This document shows positions 17,926-30,900 of a stretch of DNA of 64,000 nucleotides, one piece after another. The DNA is taken from assembly GCA_036172245.1 (NCBI GenBank), contig JAYWIR010000003.1, positions 5,146,001 to 5,210,000 of the forward strand, written 5' to 3'. Within the stretch, counting starts at the first letter, position 1. Every line of letters starts with the position of its first letter. The notes beneath the pieces are model-generated. The model saw nothing but the letters and a program-made list of their open reading frames with translations, ran no database searches and was not told where the DNA came from. A program made the position numbers and the translations under genes. Origin of the DNA: Raillietiella orientalis. Its lineage: Eukaryota.

Positions 17926-20900
17926 GAGGAAAGGAACCGAGCCGGGCAGGTTCCTGGATGCCCTCGACGTGGCGGAAGGGAAAGGCGCCTGGACGCATGC
18001 CTTGAGCAGCAGCAGATGCATCACAATGGGAGAAAGGCCGCGGTCCTCCCGGGTCATCCACTCCCGGCAACCCCACTCGAGCTCACTCCACACGCGACAC
18101 GTCAAGTGGCGTTGCCTTCGTCGAGTGCGTCAAGCAACAGGGGGAGAAGGAGGGCGAACACTCTCGCGAGGACCGCCTTGGTTCCTTGCTCGATGAGCCG
18201 ACCGCACCCGCGGGCAGTCCGCTGGCATTTCTTGCACAGGGGTGCAACGTGGCTACAGCCCGAGTCCACGAGCCCTCCTCAGAAAGAAAGGCGCCCCTTG
18301 TGCAACCCACCTTCGTGGGGAGGGGAACTGACGACGCTGTTCTTCGGCCACAGAGTCCTTCGGTGGACACTAGCAAGAAGGTGCGTGGGGCTTTCGACGC
18401 ACCCACTTCCTGCCAATTCCCTCCGTCTCCAAGGAAGGGACGCGTTTCTCCCGGAGGCTCCAAGCACTCCGACTGTGGAGGCAGGCAGCTTTACTTAACG
18501 AAACACCAAATAAAAGCAGACAGAAAGATCCTGGGACTGACTGCGTCCACCTCCTCTTGCAGCCCCTTGCATCTCCTGGGCATCTCCACAAAACTGCTCG
18601 CTGGAACTCGTTGCGAGGTCATCTCCGCAAGAAGCCGAGCGAGCACTCGTGACCGGGGGAACTCCACTAAAGTGGCCGAAGTCTATAAGGAAGAAAAGCC
18701 TTCGTTCGCTGCCAACAGCTCCTCTGGATCAAAAGAGCGCATGGATGTCGCCACGAGCACAAGGAACCACGACCGCAACGGGAGGGATTTGTGGTACGCG
18801 TTTGGCGCTGCAATGGAGTGCACTTTGGACGTCAAGGAGCAATCCCAAGAGCGCCTCTTGGGGAAGCGAGGCGAAAGGGCGAACCTTCCTTTTCCCTTGT
18901 GGGCACGTGACCCCAGTTGGCGTCGAAAAATGACGGGATGCAAACTCGATCTGGCCACCCTTTCCTTCACCAGGGACTGCCCTGTCGCAACCAGGTACGC
19001 ATCACTCGCGGCGCCAAGCAATAACTTTGGGAAGAACGAGATTCCGTGAGCCGCCCTCGGGCCGCCCTTTTACACTGCATCGAAGCCCCTCCTCTTTTCG
19101 TGAATGGTCGCTACGACTTGGTTCCTGGCGCGTGAAAGGCAGAAGACCGTTGCAAACCTGAAGGAAATCGATTCCCGCGACGCGAGCGTCCTCGCGCAAA
19201 ATCCCTGGGGCCGGACGGGTTCCTGCGCATAGCACGTGGAGTGTCGGCGAACCGATGGGGAAATTTTTCGGGACACACCAGCACAAGACGAGCGCTTCGA
19301 CGGTTTCCATCCTCACCGAAGTGCACGTCGTCGCGTTGGGGCCGAAGGGGGTTCGCTGCGACCGAACCAATGGTTGACTACCGCCGCGGGTGAAGCTTAT
19401 CGACTTGCGCTCATCAGGGTCTCCCCCGCTCCCAACGGAACTGCCACACAGAAAGACGCCCACAGCTCGGCTGAGGAAACGTGCAGCTGCCGAAGGGAAT
19501 GTGGAGTGCTCCTGTGTTTCCGAATTCGAGCCCCAGAGGGCGGCACAGGTCCCTCTGGAGTGGCGGGAAGACGGGGGGGTGCCACTGCGAAGGCACGTTG
19601 CAAAGCTGCAGAAGACGTAAGTTGTGTCGGCGACGAGTACTAGGAGCGCGACAGGTCAGCGAGGTCATAGGATCTGACTGTCGCGCATCTTGCATGCGCA
19701 GTCCCTTCCAAGTACCCCGTGTAGCCGTGCGAGTCTTCCGGCAAAGAAGGTTTCTTGGGAACACAGCAGCGAGGAGCGGCAGCGCAATTAGGCAGTAGGG
19801 CTCCTATCCAGCACGAGGAGCTTCGAGTTCCGTAGTTCCTGAGTAGATGGTGCCACTGATAAGGCACGCTCGACCTTGAACCCTCGGTATTCCTTTTCAG
19901 CCCCTTTGCAAGACTTGTACTTGGTGCTTCCCAGAAAAATCCTAGAGGCTCAGGAGGGCAGTGCCCCCTACCGGTTTGCAGCGGATCCGAACTACACTCT
20001 GGAGTGTGGACGGGAGAGAGGGGCGCAGATCAGGGGTCATTGCTTTCTAGGTGTTCGCCCCGGGGAGATGCGGCGCTTGGACCAGGAGTCGGACGAGACG
20101 GACGCATGCAAAAAATCGGTAAAGGAGCGCCTCTGCACCCTTGCACCAGCCCCAGATTTCTTGAGAGGCAACGGATGAAATCTGTCCAGGTTCGGCGAGC
20201 TAAGGGAACGCCATTTCCCCGCATTCTCTCAGGACAGAAGGCAAGAAGAAAGGAAGGGAGGGAAGGGGGCTGTGTTTTTCTGCTACGAAGCTGTCGTTCC
20301 TGTGGCTGTCAAAGGGAGGAGTGCACGGACGTCTGGAAAGCATCGCACACCGCGCTGCGCTCAGTCACGGTGAAGAGTTGCGGAAAATCGTGCCCGCTGT
20401 CATCACGCACGCGCGCACGCAGTGAGAGAGATCACACGCTGTCACAAACGGTTTCCAATGCGACGGGAGATTCCCAGCGCTCTTTGAGACGAACGGCTGG
20501 GTATCAACGGACACGGCTCCGCAGACAGCTCGTTTGAATTCGCGCGCGCCTCTTAATAACGCGGATCCAGCTGCACGTATTGAGCGCTCGCGCTGCGCGA
20601 GGAACCTAGCCGGGATTGTGGGGGCGCACCAGTCGTTTCGGGGCGGAGAGGAATTTCTCTTCCCCTGTCTGGTCTGTCAGGGCAGGCGCGCGCGCACCCG
20701 CGAACAGGAGCCGTGCGAGCGAACGCACGGAAACGCCGATACCGCCCGTTCCCGCGATTGCCATGGAGACCGCATGGTATTGAGTACCAGACGTAAGGAG
20801 CGAAACCAAATGCCGGAAGCGGGAGGGGAGCGGCAAGGTGGCTAGAGAGAGAATCGCCGTGCCTTGGTCTTTCCCTTCGGGAGGGGAAGAGAAAGCGGAC

Positions 20901-21867
20901 GTTGACAAGGAACGCGGCAGACACGGTCGTGCAGGGCTGCCCTGGAGCCGCGGGTTTCCGCGAGTCCGCTCCCCGACTCCACACGGCGCGCGGGGCAGAC
21001 GTCGGCGGGACAGAAGAGACGCCAGGCAACGCGCGTCGCCTTGGACGGATGTCACCAGGCGACAGGGAAGGCCTTCTCGAGCGATCGTCGCACGCGTGCC
21101 TCGGCGAGGGTTGGTGTCTCGAGGAAAGCGCGCCTGCTGCCCGCCCACCGCCTTCGGAGGATCCGTGCGCGCCGCCGTCTGCTGCGGAAGCTTTGACCGC
21201 CAGCACTTCGCCCCCCCCCCCTTTTCCGACCGGGAATGCTCCGCTGCTGAACAACACTGCACATTCGAACACCACGGATTGGAAGCGCCAGAGGATGCGC
21301 GCAAGGCCACCGCCACCTGTCCCTTGCCGTCGGCGCAGATTCCTCGCTTGGTGAAGGCACGTTGGGCTCTCTCCTCGCCGCCTCCCTGACGGACTTGCAT
21401 GACTTCGCCCCCGCCCGCCTGCCATTCGGCGGGCAACATTCAGCACGAACCAGAGCGCACCTGTGGGCAAGGACAGGAACCAGAGCAACGTAGCTGAGGC
21501 GTTCCCGCCCATGTTCGTACAGCTTCTGCGGCTTCCACCGGGGAGCCATCGATGCGAATGCACTTTTGCCATCAAAGCGAACTTACCCAACGACAGATGC
21601 ACCCCATGCGAAGGACCCACGAAGAACGTCCGCGAGGAAGGGCGCAGATCTCCCCTCCAATTGCGGCTCGAAAACTCGAAAGGCGATTCCTGCGATAAGA
21701 GATGCGAAAGAGGACGCACAGGACGAGGAGGAGCTGCCCGCAGGAGCTCGTTGCCGAATGCATCCCGACGAGTTCCGCAGATCCCAACTGGCGCGGTCAA
21801 AAGCATCCGGCTGCGCGCTCGGATTGCGGGGCGCGCCGGAAACACGGGGGAAGTCGGGGGGGGGGGG

Positions 21868-21893
21868 AGAGAGAGAGAGAGAGAAAGAGAGAG
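21868..21893. repeat. (GA)n microsatellite preceded by a G-run
   Basis: Seen directly in the sequence. Confidence 0.85.
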
Positions 21894-24800
21894 GAAGGCA
21901 CCGCTCGTGTCTACGACAACCGCTTTGTGCGTCCTGTTTTTTTTTGCACACGCCTCCGCGCGACGCGGGATGGGAGGGATCCGCATGTTCACAACTTCAC
22001 GTACCTCGAATGGGGAAGTGCTTCATGGACAGCTCCAGCAGACGTTCGGTGGCTTCGGGGTACTTCGGATCTGCCACATCCATCGCTATTTATAGCGCAC
22101 TCGTGCACACGAATTGCGGCGAGACGGCGGCGCACCGCGACTGCGCGTGCGCGGAAAACTACGTGCACGTTAAAAATGGCTCCGGGAATTCCCGAGCCGT
22201 CAGCTTGCGTCCGCCGCCGCCGCCGCCGCTGCTGCGCCACGTCCGCGAGTGGCGCATTCATTCGCTGCTGAGGTGGGAGGATTGGGCACCCTCGCCGAAG
22301 GTTCATTCATTGTTCCCGCCTGGCTCCATGAGGGGGCACGACGTCGTTATCTGCCCCTTTTCGACTGCCCTCGATTGCTGTCCAACTTTCCAGCGCCGGG
22401 TCTTCCTGCGCGGCCGCCCCGGAAGGTGCAGAGCTCGAGAAGGACTTCCGACCGGACCCCTCTCCACGTTTCGCTCGCTCACGCGCTGTTCGCTCACAAA
22501 GGTTTCGCGCGCGAGCGAGCAGCTGCGCGAAGACCCGCAACTCGCCCCGCCACGTGGGCTCTTTGGCGACTGGCAGGACTGCTGAGCTCCCTCGTCTTTT
22601 TTCTGTGTTTTGGCTTCCGCTTTTCCTCCTGGCCAACCGCGGCGAGCTTGCTTCCCATAAGTGCTATAAGGATAGGGAGGAATGCTCGCGGAAGCCCTGC
22701 GAGTGAGCACTGCTTCCGCGCTCGAGCACGTCACAAGCCCATGTCAAAGCGACCTTGCGAAGGACGAGGAGAGCGTGCGCGCTCGGGTGAGGCGAATCAG
22801 ACGGGCATCACTTCGATGCGTCGCCCAGCTTCCACGATGCTGCTCGCTTACTTTCAGCGAGACCCGCTACGGGGCAAAAGGGAACGTGACTTTTCCAAGA
22901 GTAGCGAGGCCCTCGGTGGGGGAGGCAAAGGGCCTTTCACTTCGAGAGCAGCGCTGCTTCTCCGACGCGATGGAGCGGCGAGGAGACAACGGCAAAAGGT
23001 GCGTGGTCGGCGTGTGTACATTCTTCAAGGTCAGCTAAGGATACACATAGCGACGAACGACAGCCAAAAGAAAGCTCCTGCCGCCTCGGAAAGGCTTTTT
23101 GGCCGGGTGCTGAAACCTCCCTTCGCAATCCACGGCCCATCGTCCAGGCTGGGAGTTACCCACGGGCGCCTTGTCGGGAGAGAGTTTAGGAAGAGGTCAC
23201 GCACCTCAGGTTCGCTCTTTCCAGCCGGAGTCGCAGCGGCGGCGGCGCAACGGTATCTCGGTGTTGGCAAGGTACAAAATATGACCTCTTCCCGTGATCG
23301 CTGGCTGCAATCATCTTGCTCACATGCCTCCCAGTGGAGAAGATGGAAAGGAGCACGAGTGAGCCAACCGAGGAGTTTCCTTCCGCATGCCCCACGTATT
23401 GGCGCTGTCACGGTGAAGGAGACACCTCGTTCGCGGGCTGAGCGGACGGAAGGAAGGAGGAAAGGCGCCCGTGGACTCGTGGCTTCCCGCGTGCTTCGGC
23501 GCCACCCTTGGCTCATTTTCGTCCTCTGCGATGGGCGATTCGACGGCCTGATCCCCTTCCTTTAGCCCGTGCCTCTCGGGATCCAGCCGTTACTTCCTTC
23601 GCCACGAACAAGAGGTGGTCACCAACAACACTTCCTCATCGAGACCAGCGATTGCACCGCCCAGAAAGAACGCCCTCACCACACGTTCCCATCCATAACT
23701 GCGCCCCAATTCGCTGAGAACTTCCGGATGCGGGACGACAGCAGAAGACAGCAGAAGACGCGTCGATGTCTTTGGCAGGGTCCGCGAAGGGCAATTGGGA
23801 GGATGAGATACAACACCAGAGCGCCAGTTGAAAATTCTGCAAGGTGGTTCCACATGCCAGCTGGACGCAGAAGACAAGTGTCTTCTGCATCCAGGGGCAA
23901 GATGAGGTGAGAGTGGGTATTAAGTAGGAGGTGGAATGTAGATGATCGGAGGCTTGCTCTCCGTCTGCTAATAGCTGTCCGCATCCTGCTTGCGCGTCAG
24001 CACCGCGCGCGATCGACAGCCCCTGTGGGACATCGGGGTCACTCTACTTTCTGTCTTGTCTCGCCACTTTTTTTCCTCCACAGCCTTCAGCAAGCAGATT
24101 GGTCGGTTTGCCAAGCGGACGAGCAAGAAACAATGGTCCTGGACCTTGGAGTTTTCTTTCCTCTAGGGCATCTCTTCTTCCTGTGCTCGATCCGCACGTA
24201 CCGATGTAAACGGAAAGAGATGGCCTAAGTCCGTCCAAAGTTTTCCAGCCTAAATAAACGGAGCGCGAGACTAGCTGGCACTCCTGACTCGTGCTAACAG
24301 GACGGGAAAAGACTGGAAACGATTCGGGAAAGAGAAGGACTTTGAGCGCTCGCTTCACCGGCAGCATCCCGAGACTTCACCCAGCCTGCCGCAAGGCCCA
24401 TGATCCCCAGTATCTCCTGCTTTTCCACAGGGCCGCTCTTTGACCAGTCGCCCCTCTTTTCCCAAAGGGTCCTGGAACGGCGACGGCGATGATCCGGCTC
24501 GAGCTCTACGAGGTAAGGCGTTGCCGCCATCCAAGGGCAAAAGAAGGAACTGGTCCAGCCCGCGAGGAAGAAAACAATGCTCCATCGATTGCCGTCCGTC
24601 CTCGGATGTCGTCTCATCCGGCACGTGAAAACACATCGGCCTCGCTAGTCTCGAAGAGTTCGCCGCACTTCGGAGCGCTCACCACCGGCCGCACAGCCAC
24701 CTCGGTTGTGGCGTAGCGACTGCCGGAGGTCAAGCCGAGTGAAGCTTGGCCTAACGGTCGAGGGAACCCGTGTCCCGGGGGGATCGAGTCATCATCTCGC

Positions 24801-25949
24801 AGGCAAGGATATCGGACTCCAGCGGCCGCTATCCACGCAGTTTCCGTCACGGCTGTGACGTGGGGAAGGATCGGAGATCGCGGCCAAAGATCCCACTCGG
24901 CGCCATTACGTATCGTTCGCTCATAGAGGAAGGGGATTACCGGGAAGTGCACGTAGCAACGGCTCAGGTTTGGCGCGCTCCGAACGGGACGCTTCGAGCA
25001 GCTTCTCGTACTCACGCTTTCGTAAGCAGGTGAACCCGTGGGCGTTCCACCGATCGGGGAATGGGATCTTGGCCGAGGTCGTCAGGGTCAGCTCCGTGTT
25101 CGTGAGGATGTCGCAGCCGTTTTCTTCGCTGAACTCACCATCCATCCCATCCATCAAGCGCCCGCGCCGAGTGAAAGTAGGGAAGGGAGTGAATTCTGGG
25201 AAGGGACGAGCGAGCCTCGTCGACGCAACAATAGGAGCGACCGTGACAGCTCAACAATGCGTGCTTGTCTCCAGGAACCCTGACGTCACGGCTGACGGTG
25301 GCGCACACCGTGCGGCAGCGACTCGAAGAGGCACCCGTCGAAAATCCGACCGTTCCGAGAGGGGAAAGCACTGCTGGGCAGCCGTGGGACTGCCGAGAAG
25401 GCAAGCAGGCGAAGAAATTTCTCCTCAGGCCGTGGGGGATGTCTCTATGACCTTGCCTGGGTGGCGACGTCGGTCATCTCTCGAAGGAGGGAAATACCCA
25501 GGGACCGATGCTTTCTCGGAGGCGACTGGCGCTGGACCGGGGACGGGGTTTGACAGCGTTCCTCTCGGTCTACACAACCGATGAAGCTTCAACGCGCATC
25601 ATCTGCCGGAGGTCAGAGACGCACCCAGTCTCCAGACTGCCGTGAGATCTCCAGGGTGCCACCGCTCTCGACCCTCTCCCGTAGCAGCCCTTGGACGTCG
25701 TTAACTGGAAACGGGTGCTGGATGCATGCTTTCGGGCAAGAAGAATCCGTTCTTTCCGGTTTCGAGCTTCAGATTCTGTTCCTGGACGATGCTCGCAACA
25801 GGGAAACGCCATGCCGCATGCGTTGATCGCACCTGGAGTCGTAGAAGCCAGGAATAACTGCCTCGGGACCATTGCTCTTGCTGGGTCTCGGGCCACAGTG
25901 AACCTCCAGTCGCGGAAGCAGCCGCAGCCGAGCTTTATCTCATTGATCG

Positions 25950-27900
25950 GAGGTTGGCCTGCTTCCATCCCGTTGCCTGCATTACGAGAGACGCTTGCGC
26001 TTCCCGATTCCCTTCCAGGGACTGTCAGAACATGGCTCTGCCGGCTCCGGATAGCCGCGGGACCTCCAAAGGCTGTACCAGATGGGGTCACGGAGACCAC
26101 AAGCTGCTGCGAGCATCCCGCGAGCAGCGGCGTCCCTTGAGGCCAGCTTGCAGAAGGCATTCGTCCACCAAGGACTTCTGGAGCTCCTGGGCCTTCCGGC
26201 CAGTCTTCTGGACCATCTGCTTCCGCTCTGGAGCAGTGCGATCATCAGTGCATTCCCGTCGGTGGTTGTCACGTTTACGGCTTGCCGGTGGGGAGGTGAA
26301 TCGGGCAGAGGAAGACAGCCCGAGCCCTCTGCCCTTCGGTATCTTCTTGTCTTTGTGGGCGCTGGGTGCAGCACAGGCAGTCCTTGTGTTCCTGTCCCTG
26401 CACTCCTGCCTCGGTGCAGTCTACGCCGAAGACCTGTTCCCTTCATTTCCTGTGTCCATTCCACCAATGTCACTCGAGGAGTTCTCCGAGCTGATCTTCC
26501 AGAAAGCGGGCATATGCGTGCCTGTAGTCACGATCTCCTTCCTGCGGAAGAGGCATGAGACTGATTGGTCTCATCCTGGAAGGGGGTACTGAAGTACCGT
26601 GACGTTCCGTTGGGAGACTGGATCGAAGAGATGCAGTCAGGACTCCTGAAAGGGGCCGGAAGAGAGCTCCGTTCTCCAGGTCCTCCACTACGAAGCCGGC
26701 CACCGGGACGCCTCCGTTCCCTCCCTACTTTCCAGACCCCGCCCTTCGTTTCCCTCCCAGCGAACGAAGCGAGATCGAGAGCTTCCTGAGGAGAACCTTA
26801 GGGGACTCAGTCGAAGGGAATAGGAGGTTCAGTCAGGAGAATCGGCTCGAAAGGCCTAGGAAAATCCCGAAGGACTCCTTGATTCCAGGAAGGACCCCGG
26901 AGGATCGACTTCCAGTCCCAGAGACCGGTCAACGGGGACATCCGGCTTTTATCAGTGCCGCCAAACCCGAATAGGACAACCAGAGTCATCCTGAGGGAGA
27001 GACTCCAAACCCACGAGGCACTTACCCACCCCATTTTTCGGAATCGATCCCGCCTTCCCCGGGCGGAACTCGAACCCGCGACGCGTGGTACCACCCACCC
27101 GTTACGGGTGGTGCCTACTGAAGACCTACTAAAGTGGGAAACTTCTATCCCAGGCTCCTATCCCTCGAGGGCAGAGCGAGACCTCCTGAAGACTTCGCTG
27201 ACTTGCCTCAACAAGACCTCTCTTCCGTTTCTTGGATCTTTTAAAATCAAGAGTCTGCACCGGCATGGGTGGGCGAACCAATGGAAGAGACGCGCGATAG
27301 CAGCTGATTCGTCACGATGCTTGCAGAACTGACTTCGCCGACATCGGTTTGGTCTGTTTGACTGCCAAGATTTTTGGACATTGGTCACTCGCGCGGGTGG
27401 GGACCACACCAGGCGCGAACGTGTTTTCCCGAGCTGGAACCGTTGACACGTGCGACCACTCGGGTTTCTTCGGACTGCTATCTCTTCCGAGTCGACCAGA
27501 GAGTCGGGTCGCTCATTGGTTACCGCCTCAAGAATGTGCATCCAGAGCACCGATCATCGACCTTGCCGCAAGAGGCTCGCAGATAATGCGGACACGCTGT
27601 TCTTGAGAGCGGTGTCACGTGTTCCTGAGAGAGTTGCTTTTCGTGTTTCTGAAAGCATTTGAGGCCTTCAAGAGGAAGTTGCGTGCGCGCGTGGGAACCG
27701 ACATCCTCCGTCACCGAAACAGACGGATCCGGGGGAAAGTCTGCATCTGCCCTCTCAAGAAGGGCATCCTGCCGGAGGAGCCTCTTGAAGTAGCTCCACC
27801 CAAAATCCATGAACTACGGAGGATCGTATTTGCGGCACAGAAACCTTCGCTGGCACCTCTGGAGGGCTCCGTGCCAACGGCCTTTTTCTCTTGCGACGGG
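25950..27900 (+). mobile_element. Degenerate RLE-type non-LTR retrotransposon (NeSL/Utopia/R2-like); boundaries approximate
   Basis: Colinear motifs: KAVPDGVT; LQKAFVHQGLLELLGLPASLLDHL (RT domain 3); VNRAEEDSPSPLPF (~GVKQGDPLSPLLF); AVYAEDL (~AYADDL); KYRDVPLG (~KYLGVP.G); and a distal FLKAFEAFKRK...GKVCICPLKKGIL resembling the RLE end. Confidence 0.6.
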
Positions 27901-30900
27901 TTCTTTCAACCTCTGTCTAGATGACAGCTTTTTTGTTTTTACCCTGAAAACCGATGTCTTTCGGAAGAATTTCCTGAAGTCCTTCAAGGAAGCAACAGTC
28001 CGTTGCAAATCTGATAGGAGAGAGACTGTTCCTTTGCCCCGGCTATCCTCTTTTGTTGAGTCTCGTCTCTGAGTGCTGCAATGAGGAAATCTCCCTAATT
28101 CGAGGGATTGGAACATTCTTGAAGGTACACTCTCAGCACCGGAAAAACTCATCCCTCCGAACGTCGGGAGAGTTACCGCCACCCGGTCACGATCTTAAGG
28201 ACAGTCCGCATTCGCGAAGCATCGAAAGGCAGGGACTGAAAACACACATCGGGTCACCCGATGTGTGTCGCCTGCATCTAGGTCGACGTTGGATTTCTGG
28301 TCTTATTCGTTGGAGCCAGCTGGAAGCAGACCCCGGTACGGAAACGCGCGTACGCACAAGACTTCTAGTGCTGAGCCGCTTCCTCCCCCCCTTCTTTCAG
28401 TGATAAAATACTACCAGAGAAGCCAGCCAAATCCTCCTCTTTGGTACTCCCCTGCCGGACGCGCCAGCTTCCGTTTGAAATCCAATAGTAACGTATGTGT
28501 TTTGGAAACCTCTCCTGGATGTTTCAAATTTCACATCTTGCTCTCCTGTGAATGACTGCAATTCTATTTCTGATACACGATCGTGTGTTATGTCTGTCCT
28601 GGAGAGATTCGGTTTCATCCTCCCAAACATCGGTTCCCTTTCCGCATCTTTCTCGAAAGTTTTCCCCTCTGTAAGAAAGAGGCTGCTCGTTCGGGTTGAA
28701 AACTGGACCCCCATACCCCCCTTTCTTAGGGACCAGCAGCAACTGGCCGCGGTGCAGTGTTTGCTGGCTTTCTGACTCGCTTCGGAAACTCCAGTCTCGA
28801 TGCTGACGGCGTATATTGTGGCGAAAGAGAAAACCCTACAGGTTGTGGCTCCATTTTCTGACCGACCAGGCTGAAGTTGTTAACACCAAAATTTTTCGTA
28901 TTATGGCTTGGTTGGTGGAAAAGACATAGGTTTTCAGAGGTTCCATAGGGCTTCTCGACCCGCTGCTCTGTGGTCCTTCCGTCAGTTCTTTGAGGGTGAA
29001 TGCCAGTAAAGTTTTTTTTCCCGAGCTGCACGGAAGGAGCGGATCGCGAGATACGCGCGCTGATTACGAATCGAGAATTTCAGTTCACAGCCGCAGGAGA
29101 TCGTCAAACCCGAGGTGGACCACAAGACTGCTGCGCTAATTAGTGCAAAAGGCTCGCATGAAGAGAGTGGAGTGCAGCATGACCTCGACATTGGTCCAAA
29201 GCAAGAAACATGGCACAGCACGCATTCAGTGGAAGATGAGAACGGAAACGGGGAACCAGAGTGGTGAACAAGCACACAGGGGCGTGTCACGTTTGAGTGG
29301 GAAGCCAAGACAACCAGCCGTTTTGACTTTTGGAGTAGCTTTCCAGCTACCAGATCGGCTGTCGTCGCCTTCGTGGTGTAGTTTGGATCACACTTACTGC
29401 TGCTTCCTTCGCCTTACATAAGCACACATCTCAGCGTAACCAATGGAATTATTCAAATTTGACTCGCATCGTAGCCGATAGATGGAGCGGATGAATTTTG
29501 CAACTCTCTCTCGCTTCTTTCTCACGCAAAGTCGAAAAATTGCTCTTGGATGGGATCTCTGTTAAGATTGAGCTGCGAGGAGCTTTAGCAATCTGCTCAC
29601 GCGTCCATGACTCAGCCCTTCAAGGTTCCCGCGTATGCGTAAGAGCGATGACTTCCTTTCCACTTATCATCACTCTCGGTTCCTGGTGCATGCTGGTTCA
29701 TCTTCAAAGTTCCCGACCACCTCTTTAGTTCTCCACCTTTCCTGATTTCGTTTTCCCTCGGTCATCGTTTCTTCGGCATCCTTCTTCCTCATCTCGGCTA
29801 ATTCTCATAAACCAGAGAAGAGCAATGCTTCATATGATCCTTGAAGAGTGGATTCTGAGATGCTGAATGCAGAAAACGCATTCTTTGCAGCTGCAACTCT
29901 TTGCGGCTAGTCTTCCTGGGTCACTTCCAGGTGAACCGTCCAAGTGGACGCTGCTCACATGTGGTGTAGGCTGTATAAAGGATGTTGGTACCAAGAATAA
30001 ACTACTCATACATCCTCACCGAAAATGGGCCTCCTAAGTTTCGGATGGTAGAAAGGGCATGAGGACAGGAATGAAATTCGGCACAGGAATTTCTTCCTTT
30101 CTAGAAACCACTCGCCGTTGAGTTTCGGGTTTTTTTGGCACACGCTCGACCTTTACGTTGATGCATTCACAAGAATTCTACGCATTTGTCTAGCTTGATT
30201 ATGTGCTACTCATTCTACGCATTTCGCACTCGTGTTTCAATCTCTGGAAAGCGTTCATTCATTGGAATGTCCTTATCATGACACGTGAAACCAGAAGCGT
30301 TTCTTGCGAAAGAAATTCCAAAATTCCGAATGCCTGCACTGCACGCTACCATTCCAAATTCCTAAGCCGACAGATGGTTCCCCGTGATCTTTTGCTGTTG
30401 CTAACTGACTGCACTCCCACTGCATGAGAAATGTGTTGATTGCAACAGAAATGCAGTGAGAGTTGAATTCAGGTAACCATGGACCCCGATTTACGGAGGG
30501 ACAGTTGTAGAAGGGGGGTAAACTTGGGAATTGGATACTTTAGCAAGCTGAAAGTACTGGGAGTTTCGCATGCGTAGTCCCATGCTTGGAAGAGGTCCTA
30601 TGATACATCAAAAGAAACCTTAAAGACGCCGAAACAGGATGTGCTAAACAGAAGAGAATTTGCCACTCCAAATCTTCTCCCATGAAGTCAAGAATATGTG
30701 CAGATGCTCTACGGCTGCCTCAGAAAGAAATGGTACTTTTTCGTTGCTCTCTGATTGAGGAGGTAGATCTCTTTGGCTGCATGAGAAATGAAAATGTAAC
30801 GAGCAGAAACAGCGACCTATCTCATGGAGACAACCGTTCCCATAGAAAACGACAATTTGTAATGCACCAGGATGCACGAGAAGAAATAGGTAGCCGGTGA

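Noticed and set aside
18186..19049. 287-aa plus-strand ORF
   Set aside because: No family motif is recognised. It could be chance or an unrecognised relic, so it cannot be supported as a gene.
20553..23565. 479-, 339- and 438-aa ORFs
   Set aside because: They span microsatellites and G-runs, have GC-driven composition, and show no motifs.
24294..25160. Possible minus-strand exons (SEENGCDILTNTELTL...)
   Set aside because: A donor-like site is present, but there is no coherent multi-exon model or known motif.
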